Assembly: GCA_030606485.1 (NCBI GenBank)
Contig: JAUWGH010000004.1
Span: 390,001 to 422,000, forward strand
Direction of reading: 5' to 3'
Length of the DNA stretch: 32,000 bases
Source of the DNA: Promethearchaeota archaeon
GTDB lineage: Archaea; Asgardarchaeota; Lokiarchaeia; Sigyniarchaeales; SOKP01
The notes beneath the pieces were generated by a model that saw only the letters and a program-made list of their open reading frames with translations, ran no database searches and was not told where the DNA came from. This document shows, in pieces, positions 1 to 9,059 of this stretch (the stretch's first letter is position 1; the number at the start of each line of letters is the position of its first letter). The translations under genes were made by a program, and so were the position numbers.

Positions 1-265
1 AAAAAAGGAACCAAAAATGATTTAGATGCATTTTTGAAGAAAATTTAAAATCATCTCTACCGATAATTTTATTGATCTTAAAACCCAACTTAAAATAAAT
101 GAATTAATTTTAGGAATAAGTAGAGATCCTTCTTTTGGACCGATGATCATGGTGGGCAGAGGTGGAATTTATGTAAATTTTATTAAAGATGTTGCATTTT
201 CATTAACTTATAAGTTTTCAAGAGAAGATGTGAGAAAAAATGGTAAAAACAATATACTAAGCTAA
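1..265 (+). pseudogene. Fragment of ADP-forming acetate-CoA ligase beta (ATP-grasp) domain, frame-broken and truncated
   Basis: Frame 2 (38-265) reads ...[36 protein letters not shown]..., matching the ELI(I)GxxRDPxFGPxxMxGxGGIYVE motif. It has an upstream stop at 35-37, no start codon before the motif, and ends early at TAA 263-265. Frame 1 is open from the window edge and stops at 46-48. Confidence 0.6.
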
Positions 266-299
266 ATTAATAAACAAGCATCCAAAAAAAATTATTGTT

Positions 300-2345
300 A
301 TGAAAACACAACTTTCTAATATAGACGTTTATGCCCTAGCAAAGGAATTAAATGATAAGTTAAGTGATGGTTTTATTGACAATATATACGAGGTAAAAGA
401 TTTATTAATAATAAAAATTAGAACTAGAGAAGTAAATAGAAATCTAGTTATTGAACGAGATTCAAGAGTAAATCTTACCAATTATAATTATCCAGTACCA
501 AAATATCCAAGTCAATATTGTAGTTCTTTGAGAAAATTTTTAAAAAATCGTCGAATTTTAAGCGTCTATCAGCATAATTTGGATAGAATATTGATAATAG
601 AGTTGAGTAATCAAAACACAGCTTCATGGAAATTTATTATTGAACTTTTTGCTAAAGGCAACTATATTCTCATAAATGAAGAAAATTTAGTTATGGTGGC
701 AAAGAAATATAAAAAATATAAAGATCGAGATTTATTAGCTAAAAGAGAATATAAATTTCCTCCATCCAGAGGTTTAGATTTATTTTCATTGGATAAAGAT
801 TCCTTCTCTAAAATTATTTATACCTCCAATGATGAATTAGTGAGAATAATCGCAAGAAACGTTAATATCGCAGGATTATATAGTGAAGAAATTTGTAAAA
901 TGTCCCAATTTGATAAGAAAGTTAAATCAAATACATTAAACGAAGAACAAATTAGCACATTATTTAATGTATTAAAGGATTTTGCTCAAAAATTAAAAAC
1001 TGAAAAATTAAAACCTCAATTTATTTTAGATGATAAGAATAAAGCGATTGATGTAGTACCATTTGATCTATCTATATATGAAGGTTATCAGAAACAATAT
1101 ATTGAATCTTTTAATGAGGGTCTTGATCTTTATTTTTCAAAATTAGATTCTGCGAAAATTATACCTCAACCAGTTGAAAAATATAATCGAGAGATGGAGA
1201 AATTAGAGAAAAGATTACAAACACAAATAGAATATATAACAGAACAAGAAAATAAAAAAGAAAAATATTACAATATTGGAGAGAATATATATAAACATTT
1301 CAAAGAATTAGAAAAACTATTAAAAACAATTTTGGACGCTAAAAAAAAAGGATATCAATGGAATGAAATTGAAGATAAATTAAATTCTGGAAAAGAACAA
1401 GGAATAAAAGAGACAATTCCATTCAGAAAAATCATACCTTCTAAAAAGCAAATTATTATTCAATTAGATGGGAAAGAATTTATCATAGATTTAAATAAAA
1501 GTATTGGAGAAAATGCAAATTTAATTTTTTCTAAAGGTAAAAAAGCTCAAAAAAAAATTGAAGGAACTTATTTTGCCATTGAGGAAACAAAAAAAAAGAT
1601 TGAAAAACTTATAATTGAGAAAGATAGTGAACAAGTTATTGTTGATCATTTGGTACGAAAACCAAAGAAAAAATGGTATGAAAAATATAGATGGTTCATT
1701 TCCAGTAATGAATTTTTAGTAATTGGAGGAAGAGATATTAGTTCGAATGAAGCAATCTATAGAAAATATATTGAGCCCAATGATTTAGTTTTACATTCAG
1801 AAATTAGAGGATCACCATTAACAGTTATAAAAAATCCAGAAAATAAGGAAATCCCTCTAGATACTATTAATGAAGCTAGTATTTTTGTTGGTTGTTATTC
1901 TCGAGCATGGAAAGAAGGTTATAAATTAACTGACATTTTTTATGTTCTACCTAAACAAGTGAGTAAAACGCCCCCCTCGGGAGAATTTTTACCAAAAGGT
2001 TCATTTATAATCTCGGGAAAAAAGAATTTTATTCAAAAAGTAAAATTAATTTTAACAATTGGAATTATATTTGAAAAAATTAAGGATGATTTGAATCCCG
2101 AATTAATACATTTTTACCCAAAGGTAATTTCAGGACCGGAATCATCTATTAAAAAACAAACGGAGATTTATGAACTATTGACTCCTGAGAAGTTTGGAAA
2201 ATCTTCAGGGAATATTGCTAAAAAATTAAAAAATCTTTTTTTAAAAAAAGTTGATGATGATTTGAAAAAGTGGGTGAATATTTTGTCCTTAGATGATATT
2301 ATACTACTGATCCCAGCTGGAAATTCGGAAATATTAGCTATTTAA
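300..2345 (+). CDS. rqcH: Ribosome quality-control protein RqcH (NFACT/NEMF/FbpA family)
   Basis: N-terminal LSNIDVYALAKEL, ...IIELFAKGNYIL, coiled coil, and NFACT-R domain KWYEKYRWFISSNEFLVIGGRD...LHSEIRGSP...VSKTPPSGEFLPKGSFIISGKKNF. Confidence 0.93.
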   Translation: MKTQLSNIDVYALAKELNDKLSDGFIDNIYEVKDLLIIKIRTREVNRNLVIERDSRVNLTNYNYPVPKYPSQYCSSLRKFLKNRRILSVYQHNLDRILIIELSNQNTASWKFIIELFAKGNYILINEENLVMVAKKYKKYKDRDLLAKREYKFPPSRGLDLFSLDKDSFSKIIYTSNDELVRIIARNVNIAGLYSEEICKMSQFDKKVKSNTLNEEQISTLFNVLKDFAQKLKTEKLKPQFILDDKNKAIDVVPFDLSIYEGYQKQYIESFNEGLDLYFSKLDSAKIIPQPVEKYNREMEKLEKRLQTQIEYITEQENKKEKYYNIGENIYKHFKELEKLLKTILDAKKKGYQWNEIEDKLNSGKEQGIKETIPFRKIIPSKKQIIIQLDGKEFIIDLNKSIGENANLIFSKGKKAQKKIEGTYFAIEETKKKIEKLIIEKDSEQVIVDHLVRKPKKKWYEKYRWFISSNEFLVIGGRDISSNEAIYRKYIEPNDLVLHSEIRGSPLTVIKNPENKEIPLDTINEASIFVGCYSRAWKEGYKLTDIFYVLPKQVSKTPPSGEFLPKGSFIISGKKNFIQKVKLILTIGIIFEKIKDDLNPELIHFYPKVISGPESSIKKQTEIYELLTPEKFGKSSGNIAKKLKNLFLKKVDDDLKKWVNILSLDDIILLIPAGNSEILAI

Positions 2346-2352
2346 TTTATGT

Positions 2353-3093
2353 TTATTTTATTAATTCATTTCTGATAATTTTTAAATTAGTTAATGAATC
2401 AAAGAGAATTCCATCAATATCTAATTTTAATAATTCTCTGATCTTTAAAATGGAATTCTTGAGATTAATAAAATCCCAAGCCAAAGCGATAATATTATTA
2501 GAGTGACAAACGCTAACAAAATGTTTTGAAACCAATATAGAACGGAGGGAAATCATATCAAATTTCATGGATTGAATCTTTAAAGAATTGTTTTTTAAGA
2601 ATTCATTTAACGTAAATTCTTTTCCTTTCGTTATATTATAGCAAATTCTACAATTTGGTAAAAAAGATTTGATCCTTTTTAATTTCCAAAGATTTTTTGA
2701 ACTAATCACACAATTTGAAATAATATTATATTTTTCAATTATTTTTGCGGCATGTTCTACTACATCATCTCCCTTTAATTCTATTATAAATTTAGTTTTA
2801 TTTTTAAATGCAGAAATTACTTCGGTAAACAGTGGCATTTTCTGACCATCCTTTCTAGTTCTAAACTTACAAATTTCTGCATAAGTCATATTGGAAATGA
2901 TACCATTTCCATTATAAGTTCTTTGTAAAGTATTATCATGATTAATGACTAATTTGTGATCTTTTGTTCTATGAAGATCAAATTCAATAAAATCTACTCC
3001 GTTTTCTATTGCTTTAGAAAATGAAATTATAGTATTTTCATCATACTCTAATTTAGTTCCGCGATGAGCAATTAAGATAATCTTTTTTGTCAT
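2353..3093 (-). CDS. Glycerophosphodiester phosphodiesterase (GlpQ/UgpQ family)
   Basis: IAHRG, ENTIISF, IEFDLHRTKD, VINHD, IIELK motifs intact. Confidence 0.9.
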   Translation of the reverse strand: MTKKIILIAHRGTKLEYDENTIISFSKAIENGVDFIEFDLHRTKDHKLVINHDNTLQRTYNGNGIISNMTYAEICKFRTRKDGQKMPLFTEVISAFKNKTKFIIELKGDDVVEHAAKIIEKYNIISNCVISSKNLWKLKRIKSFLPNCRICYNITKGKEFTLNEFLKNNSLKIQSMKFDMISLRSILVSKHFVSVCHSNNIIALAWDFINLKNSILKIRELLKLDIDGILFDSLTNLKIIRNELIK

Positions 3094-3180
3094 ATGATTT
3101 AAAAAAAGCTTTTTTTATTTCAATTTTATAATACAGAAATAATATACGCAAATATATTTTTGATTTCTTATTTAAATTTC

Positions 3181-3327
3181 ATGAAATTAATTACAATTCA
3201 TCTACCTGAAAAATATATAGATAAATTGGAAGAATTAGTAACGCGAGATCTATATCCAAATAGAAGTGAAGCAATTCGCATGGCTGTAAGGGACCTCTTA
3301 AAAGAAGAACTAGGCAGGCTAACTTAA
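3181..3327 (+). CDS. 48-aa ribbon-helix-helix (CopG/CdrS-like) transcription regulator, not in the ORF track
   Basis: Manual translation MKLITIHLPEKYIDKLEELVTRDLYPNRSEAIRMAVRDLLKEELGRLT*. Alternating beta-strand followed by the (Y/F)PNRSEAIRxAVRDLL signature of archaeal RHH regulators. Confidence 0.9.
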   Translation: MKLITIHLPEKYIDKLEELVTRDLYPNRSEAIRMAVRDLLKEELGRLT

Positions 3328-3350
3328 TTTATAAACTTATTCTTTCTTTT

Positions 3351-3779
3351 TTATCTACTTTCTTGGAGTAACCATAGATAAAGGATTAGTATAATAATTC
3401 CTAGACTTGAAAAAAGAAATACCCAACCATTTCTTATGGACTGAATTAATGATATAATAATAAGGATAGTGAGTTTTTTCCAACCAAATATTTTTCCGTT
3501 TATTTCTTCTACATTACCTACTGCAACACTTAAAAATAAGAAAAATAGTATAATTGAAATTGTTTTAATTAAAATATCAACAATATCTAGGTAAAGATTT
3601 TGATTCATAAAAATGGTAACAATACCCGAATTGAATAATATGGAAATAACAAAGAATATACCAGCTAAATAAAACGAAATAATTCCCGATTTTATTATCA
3701 ATTCATCCGTTGATAATATTTTCTTAGGTTTTTGTTTTTCTACAGTTTCCTTTTCGGGAATTTTTTTATATTTAGACAT
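3351..3779 (-). CDS. Hypothetical membrane protein (about 4 TM helices)
   Basis: Charged N-terminus followed by four hydrophobic segments; 3 bp downstream of the 3783-4616 gene. Confidence 0.7.
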   Translation of the reverse strand: MSKYKKIPEKETVEKQKPKKILSTDELIIKSGIISFYLAGIFFVISILFNSGIVTIFMNQNLYLDIVDILIKTISIILFFLFLSVAVGNVEEINGKIFGWKKLTILIIISLIQSIRNGWVFLFSSLGIIILILYLWLLQESR

Positions 3780-3782
3780 TTA

Positions 3783-4616
3783 TTATCTCTTCCTTTTATG
3801 TTTGTTTTTAGTTTTAAAGATGTAAAAACCAAAATAACTATAGAGAATACCTGCACTGATAAAAAATATTATTGTTAAAACATTTATAACTAATTCTAAT
3901 ATATCTGGAGGTAATTCTTCAGATTCTTCAATCCAACCAATTTTTATTTTCAGAGATGTAGATTCTTTTAAAATAGAGCTTGAGCTATTATAATTGGGAT
4001 TATCTCCATATATGAATTTTATTGCATAAGTTTGTGAGATATTTAAGAAAACATCCTGCTTATCTGTATTATTTTCATTGAATTTTATTTCAAATTCATA
4101 TTTAGTCTTCTTCTCATCAAGCATACAGGAGCCATTTCCATTTATATTAATATCTTGAATATAATTGGTCCTATTAACTAGATGAAAATCAAAATATGTT
4201 GTATTATGAAGTGATGAATTATCCAAATTATAATTTTGAACAATTTTTGCATCTAAAAATTCTGTATCATTTTCATTTGAAGAATTGCAAAGAATTATTC
4301 CTAAAAATTCATTGGATGGATGGATTTCTAACTCAATACTAATTGCTATATATAGTGATGAATTAGATTTATTATAACAAACCCAAATTTCAATAGGGAG
4401 ATCATCAATAAATCCTTCTGTACTATTTGCGTTTGTCCATTCATCTTCTATAGAACTAAAATTTCCATCAATAATTATTGGCATTGTTTCAACTGAGGTT
4501 AAAATATCATCATTAAAACTGGCTCCAACAAATTTTGGAAAAAAATTTAGAGAACAAATTATTGAGACAAGAATAAAAAATGCAAGAAATTTTTTTACAT
4601 TATTAATTTTCTTCAC
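3783..4616 (-). CDS. Membrane-anchored surface glycoprotein, possible DOMON/CBM9-like sugar-binding domain
   Basis: GTG start, N-terminal signal/TM, IIIDGNFSSIEDEW motif, many N-x-S/T sequons, C-terminal TM and basic tail. Confidence 0.65.
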   Translation of the reverse strand: MKKINNVKKFLAFFILVSIICSLNFFPKFVGASFNDDILTSVETMPIIIDGNFSSIEDEWTNANSTEGFIDDLPIEIWVCYNKSNSSLYIAISIELEIHPSNEFLGIILCNSSNENDTEFLDAKIVQNYNLDNSSLHNTTYFDFHLVNRTNYIQDININGNGSCMLDEKKTKYEFEIKFNENNTDKQDVFLNISQTYAIKFIYGDNPNYNSSSSILKESTSLKIKIGWIEESEELPPDILELVINVLTIIFFISAGILYSYFGFYIFKTKNKHKRKR

Positions 4617-4701
4617 AAGAGTCGAACCAATTTATTTCAACATTATTAAATATGATATTAGATTATAGTGAAAAATACATTTTAAATGGATACTAAAAAT
4701 T

Positions 4702-5145
4702 TTAAAGAAAATTTGGAAGCAGAACTAGATTTATCCATTTGCTAGGGTATGCTATAAAGTAATTTAATAATTTCTTAATAGTTTTTTCTGATTCCTTACT
4801 AGAATTGAAATAATTTGCAAATTTTTTTGGACCTATTGCAACAAGTAATCCGTCTAGATTTCTTTCTCTTTTAAATAAGAGCCAAATTGGTTTTTGATTT
4901 TCCACGTCTTTTATTAATAAAAGAAGCCATGGATTATTTGTCCAATCAGATCTATCTGGTGCTAAAATTTTATTAATTGCTTTTCCCGTAATATATTTTG
5001 GGTTCTCTTTTATTTGTTTGATTAATTCATCAAAAAAACTTCGTTTGATAGTTAAATATCCCTTGAATATTGATGCGTTATCATATAATTCTAACTGATC
5101 GCTTATTCCATCAGAAAATTTGATACCAATTTTCCATATCTTCAT
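4702..5145 (-). CDS. Hypothetical protein (147 aa)
   Basis: Clean ORF co-oriented with rnp2; no motif recognised. Confidence 0.65.
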   Translation of the reverse strand: MKIWKIGIKFSDGISDQLELYDNASIFKGYLTIKRSFFDELIKQIKENPKYITGKAINKILAPDRSDWTNNPWLLLLIKDVENQKPIWLLFKRERNLDGLLVAIGPKKFANYFNSSKESEKTIKKLLNYFIAYPSKWINLVLLPNFL

Positions 5146-5234
5146 TAAAATTCATTTATTTTGATTAAAATTTTTTTTAAATTGATTTTTAATAATTTAT
5201 AAATTCCTTCTAAATCTTTAATTTTTTTTATCAT

Positions 5235-5591
5235 TTATATTTTAAAGAGAAGTTTATTTTCTAATTGAAGAGTTTTTAATATTTTTCTTATTTTTTTTAT
5301 AGTTCCACTTGTTTTTATGGGATAAATAGATAATCGAGAATTCTGTAAATATCGTATCATTCCCAATGAAGTAATTACAATTTCTTTTGATGTATGAGCA
5401 AATCTTAAGATGCCCCATCGTTCTTCTAAATTTAACTCAATTAACCATAATCCGATTTTACTTGTTTCTTTTATGCCAAAATATCTAAATAAATTTTTCC
5501 AAATAAGATTAATAATAGATTTTCCATCAATTATTATATCTTTTTCAACAATATAATAAAATAAAATATATCGTTGTCTTTCAAATTTCAA
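5235..5591 (-). CDS. rnp2: RNase P protein component 2 (Pop5/Rpp14)
   Basis: RQRYILF...GILRFAH...IKTSGTIKKIR motifs; TTG start; directly follows Rpp30. Confidence 0.9.
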   Translation of the reverse strand: MKFERQRYILFYYIVEKDIIIDGKSIINLIWKNLFRYFGIKETSKIGLWLIELNLEERWGILRFAHTSKEIVITSLGMIRYLQNSRLSIYPIKTSGTIKKIRKILKTLQLENKLLFKI

Positions 5592-5613
5592 TGTTTATTT
5601 AACTCCAATTTTC

Positions 5614-6327
5614 CTATTTTATTATTTTAACTCCATCTTCAATTATATTTGGATCAATTTTTTTATTTAATTTTTCTATTAATTTAGAGGGATTATCTTT
5701 TAAAGCTAATTTAGCATTAGTAAGGCTCATATCTAAAAGTGTTTGACAAATACTTATTAAAACCCTTGGGGATCTGTAATCAGATAAACTTGGAAAATTT
5801 CCACTAATGAAATAATTGGCGTTTTTAACTAAGGTCATTCGCAATGCTGAGTATATGATACGAATATTTTTAGATTGAATGTATTTGTTTTCATTAAAGA
5901 TCGGAGCAAATGAAAATTCAATAAAAGAATTATATTGTTTGGAGAGTGATAATACCCCAGGAGTTAATGTTTTTGTAATTTTTGGATAAGAAAAGGATAC
6001 AACATCAATTCTAGTATCTCTTGCGCAATAAATTTGTATTTCTTTATTTTCAGATTCCACTGATAAAATATGTGAAAAATCATTATATTTTTTTATCATT
6101 TGTTTTAATTCTGCAATATTTTTAGGTTTTAGATTTATTCTGAAATATACATTAAGATCAATTGATTTTCTTATTTTTTCTATTAATTTTTTTGGCAATT
6201 TTTCAATACTATTTATTGGTTCTAAGATAACATTTTTAAAATCCAATTTTTGAAGAAATTTGAGTCTATCTATGATATTATCATATTTTTCGATGTCAAC
6301 TGGGACTCTTGATTCAAAATACCCCAA
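5614..6327 (-). CDS. rnp3: RNase P protein component 3 (Rpp30)
   Basis: RIDVVSF, FIEFSFAPI, YFISGN, DYRSPR motifs; conserved rpl15e-rnp3-rnp2 order. Confidence 0.9.
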   Translation of the reverse strand: MGYFESRVPVDIEKYDNIIDRLKFLQKLDFKNVILEPINSIEKLPKKLIEKIRKSIDLNVYFRINLKPKNIAELKQMIKKYNDFSHILSVESENKEIQIYCARDTRIDVVSFSYPKITKTLTPGVLSLSKQYNSFIEFSFAPIFNENKYIQSKNIRIIYSALRMTLVKNANYFISGNFPSLSDYRSPRVLISICQTLLDMSLTNAKLALKDNPSKLIEKLNKKIDPNIIEDGVKIIK

Positions 6328-6550
6328 TTATTATTAAACCCCTTTATTGCGAGATAGTTTCTAAAAAATTAATATTGTTTTTAAAATTTTTATTTTATGT
6401 GATAAATTTTGTTATTGAGCTTGATTAATATATAATTCGTAAAAAGATAGGTCGATATTTAAATTCACATTAAATTATGCATCAATAATTTTAGGTAATA
6501 AAAATAGGGCATAAACAGATTAAAACTAAATGAATGATACTTAACGCTAT

Positions 6551-7135
6551 TTATTTTCCACGTCCTTTATTTGCTCTGATACTTGGGCGATTTTTTTCAG
6601 AGCCCCATCCTTTCTTATGCAAACCTCTACCCCTTTTTCCTGCAGAAGTCAATCCTCTAAAGACTCTTTTCTTATGTTGTTTATATCCAATCCAATTTAT
6701 ATTTGGATCTGAAATAATCCTTGGATGATGCGGATCAACGAATATCACTTCATAATACCACGATTTTCCGTCATCATACACTTTATATGAATTTAAGACT
6801 TCAAGATTTGGATATTTTTTCTGGGCTCTTTCTTCGGCAATTCTTTGTAAGTTTTTCCCAGGAGTAATTTTTGATACTCCCATAGCTCTTGGTTTTCGAC
6901 CCATTTTTGGTCTAGATTTACGTCGACTACCTTTTCGGATTCTCGAGCGAACGATACTATATCCTTGTTTTGCTTTATAACCTAATTCCCTCGCCCTATA
7001 TAATTTAGTTGGTTTTTCTATGCGTTCAACAGATTTACCCTTTCTATATTTTATTCCTCTATGATAATAGTCCGTATCATATCCAGTTTCGATATTCTGA
7101 AAAGTCTCCTTAATGAATCTATATCCTGACTTCAA
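6551..7135 (-). CDS. rpl15e: 50S ribosomal protein L15e
   Basis: [56 protein letters not shown]. Confidence 0.98.
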   Translation of the reverse strand: MKSGYRFIKETFQNIETGYDTDYYHRGIKYRKGKSVERIEKPTKLYRARELGYKAKQGYSIVRSRIRKGSRRKSRPKMGRKPRAMGVSKITPGKNLQRIAEERAQKKYPNLEVLNSYKVYDDGKSWYYEVIFVDPHHPRIISDPNINWIGYKQHKKRVFRGLTSAGKRGRGLHKKGWGSEKNRPSIRANKGRGK

Positions 7136-7365
7136 AAATGTTTCACTTAATTCTAATTTAATTGTTAAAAAATTACATAAGTTAAAAATTTTGTTTCTCT
7201 AAAAATTAAGGTTAATAACCAAGTTTAACATTAAAGTATTTTTATAAAAAAAAAATCTTATAGTTTTTTGCAATGATTTATACTCTTTTAATTTGATTAT
7301 CTAGAAAATTTTTTAATTTTATCAAAAATTATTTTATTAAAATAAATTTGTGGATTTTTTCAAAA

Positions 7366-7758
7366 ATGGGGAAGAAAAATAAAGAAAAGAGTTTAAAGAA
7401 AGTAATCATTGACAGTAAGAAAGGGATTTCAATTTCTTATAATAGAGAAGATATCAAGAAAAAACTTCCTCATCTTTTTAATGAATTAAAAAATGGTAAT
7501 CAAAAAATTAGAATAAATGGAATTAAAGATTCTAATGAAATTAATGATCTCTTTTATCCGAGGGTGGAAGATTTTATAAGACGTTGTAGTACACAAGAAG
7601 AAGCTTACGAAATTTTAGATTTTCTCCTTAAAAGAGCAGAAATATCTGAAAAGGAATATAATTACTTAAAGAAACGTGTAAAAAATGAGGGTATAGAAAA
7701 TTTTGGAGAAAAAAAGACATGGGGCTATTATGAGAGAAAATATGGAGATAAAAGGTAA
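7366..7758 (+). CDS. DUF2095 family protein
   Basis: YPRVEDFIRRCSTQEEAYEILDFLLKRAEIS...FGEKKTWGYY pattern. ATG 7366 preferred over TTG 7348. Confidence 0.75.
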   Translation: MGKKNKEKSLKKVIIDSKKGISISYNREDIKKKLPHLFNELKNGNQKIRINGIKDSNEINDLFYPRVEDFIRRCSTQEEAYEILDFLLKRAEISEKEYNYLKKRVKNEGIENFGEKKTWGYYERKYGDKR

Positions 7759-7842
7759 ATATTTTGATTTTAAAATTTAAATAAATTGATAAATTATTTT
7801 TAGATATTTTATCAAAAAAGAGATTTTGAAGGGGATATTTTT

Positions 7843-8952
7843 ATCAGAAAAATAAAATTTGCAATTGCTGGAATAGGAAATGTTGGATCTGCATTAATTC
7901 AAGGAATAAAATATTATGAAAAAATTGAAGAAAATAATTTATTTACTCATGGTTTAATGAACCCCAAGATTGGTAATTATACTCCGTATGATTTAGAATG
8001 CGTTTGTGCATTTGATATTAATAAAAAGAAAATTGGCAAGGATATTCATGAAGCTATATTCACACCTCCAAATTGTTGCCAAATTTTTGTAGATCCAGAG
8101 AGTCTCAATAAATCTGGAGTTCTTGTTAAAGCTGGACCAATTTCCGATGGATGTGCAAAGCATATGAGAGATTCATTTTATTGTTATGATGAATCAGAAA
8201 TAAAACCGGTTGATATTGTTCAAGAATTGAGAAATTCTAAAGCTGAGATTTTATTAAATTTATTACCAGTGGGAAGCTTTAAAGCATCAAGGATTTACGC
8301 CCAGGCTTCAATAGAGGCAGGTTGTGGATTCATAAACTGCATACCTGAATTCATTGTGAGCGAACGAGTTCTTGGAGATGTAGATTGGGTGAAAAAATTT
8401 GAGGATAAAAATCTTCCATGTGCAGGGGATGATATCAAGTCTCAAGTTGGGGCAACTATACTACATCGAGTTGCAACAAAATTATTTTTAGATCGAGGTG
8501 TTATAGTCAATGATACTTTTCAGCTTAATATTGGTGGAAATACAGATTTTGAAAATATGAAAAAAGAGTCGAGATTAATAACTAAAAGAAAATCGAAGAC
8601 TTCTGCGATAACAAGTGTTTTGCCTTATCCAATAAAATGTAGAATAGGACCCAGCGATTATGTTCCCTTTTTAAAAGACAAAAAAATTTGTTATATTCAA
8701 GTTAATGGAATAACATTTGGGGGATTACCTCTAACTCTTGATACAAAATTAAAAGTTGAGGACTCTCCAAATTCTGCTGGGGTGATATTTGATTTACTAA
8801 GAGTGATGAAGATTGCTTTAGATCGAGGTATTTCAGGACGATTAAACAGTATCAGTTCATTTTGTTTTAAGCATCCTCCAATTCAAGCCCCTTCTGATAT
8901 AATAGCCAAACAATGGGTTCAAGAATTTATTGAAGGAAAAAGAGAGAGATAA
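7843..8952 (+). CDS. ino1: myo-inositol-1-phosphate synthase, probably with a non-canonical start
   Basis: LNLLPVGS, GCGFINCIP, AGDDIKSQVGAT, QLNIGGNTDF, KVEDSPNSAG motifs. The Rossmann motif AIAGIGNVGSALIQG (from 7861) lies in frame upstream of the first ATG (7957). In-frame stop at 7801; GAAGGGGA SD-like motif 7 nt before ATC 7843. Confidence 0.92.
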   Translation: MRKIKFAIAGIGNVGSALIQGIKYYEKIEENNLFTHGLMNPKIGNYTPYDLECVCAFDINKKKIGKDIHEAIFTPPNCCQIFVDPESLNKSGVLVKAGPISDGCAKHMRDSFYCYDESEIKPVDIVQELRNSKAEILLNLLPVGSFKASRIYAQASIEAGCGFINCIPEFIVSERVLGDVDWVKKFEDKNLPCAGDDIKSQVGATILHRVATKLFLDRGVIVNDTFQLNIGGNTDFENMKKESRLITKRKSKTSAITSVLPYPIKCRIGPSDYVPFLKDKKICYIQVNGITFGGLPLTLDTKLKVEDSPNSAGVIFDLLRVMKIALDRGISGRLNSISSFCFKHPPIQAPSDIIAKQWVQEFIEGKRER

Positions 8953-8960
8953 ATTGATAG

Positions 8961-9036
8961 GTGCATTCAGTTTGGGGCGACAAAATCATTGCCAAGAGCA
9001 TTAGCTCAGATTGTCACTGAGTACATCATCATGCAT
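8961..9036 (-). ncRNA. Box C/D methylation-guide sRNA; D guide predicts Gm2251 (E. coli numbering) in the 23S rRNA P-loop
   Basis: Minus strand: AUGCAU-GAUGAUGU(box C)-ACUCAGUGACAAU-CUGA(D')-GCUAA UGCUC UUGGC-AAUGAUUU(C')-UGUCGCCCCAAA-CUGA(D)-AUGCAC. 5-bp terminal stem, correct box order, 12-13 nt guides, GC-rich island in AT-rich intergenic DNA. Confidence 0.85.
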
Positions 9037-9059
9037 ATTTACTTAATTTAAAATCTCTA

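Noticed and set aside
3175-3188. Perfect 14-bp palindrome AATTTCATGAAATT over the RHH start codon
   Set aside because: Tempting as an autoregulatory operator, but such AT-rich palindromes are expected several times by chance in 32 kb at this composition.
8961-9036. SECIS element reading of the GC-rich island (AUGA...GA K-turn)
   Set aside because: Neither flanking gene has an in-frame UGA, the long helix II is missing, and the C-D'-C'-D order with an rRNA-complementary guide explains the sequence better.
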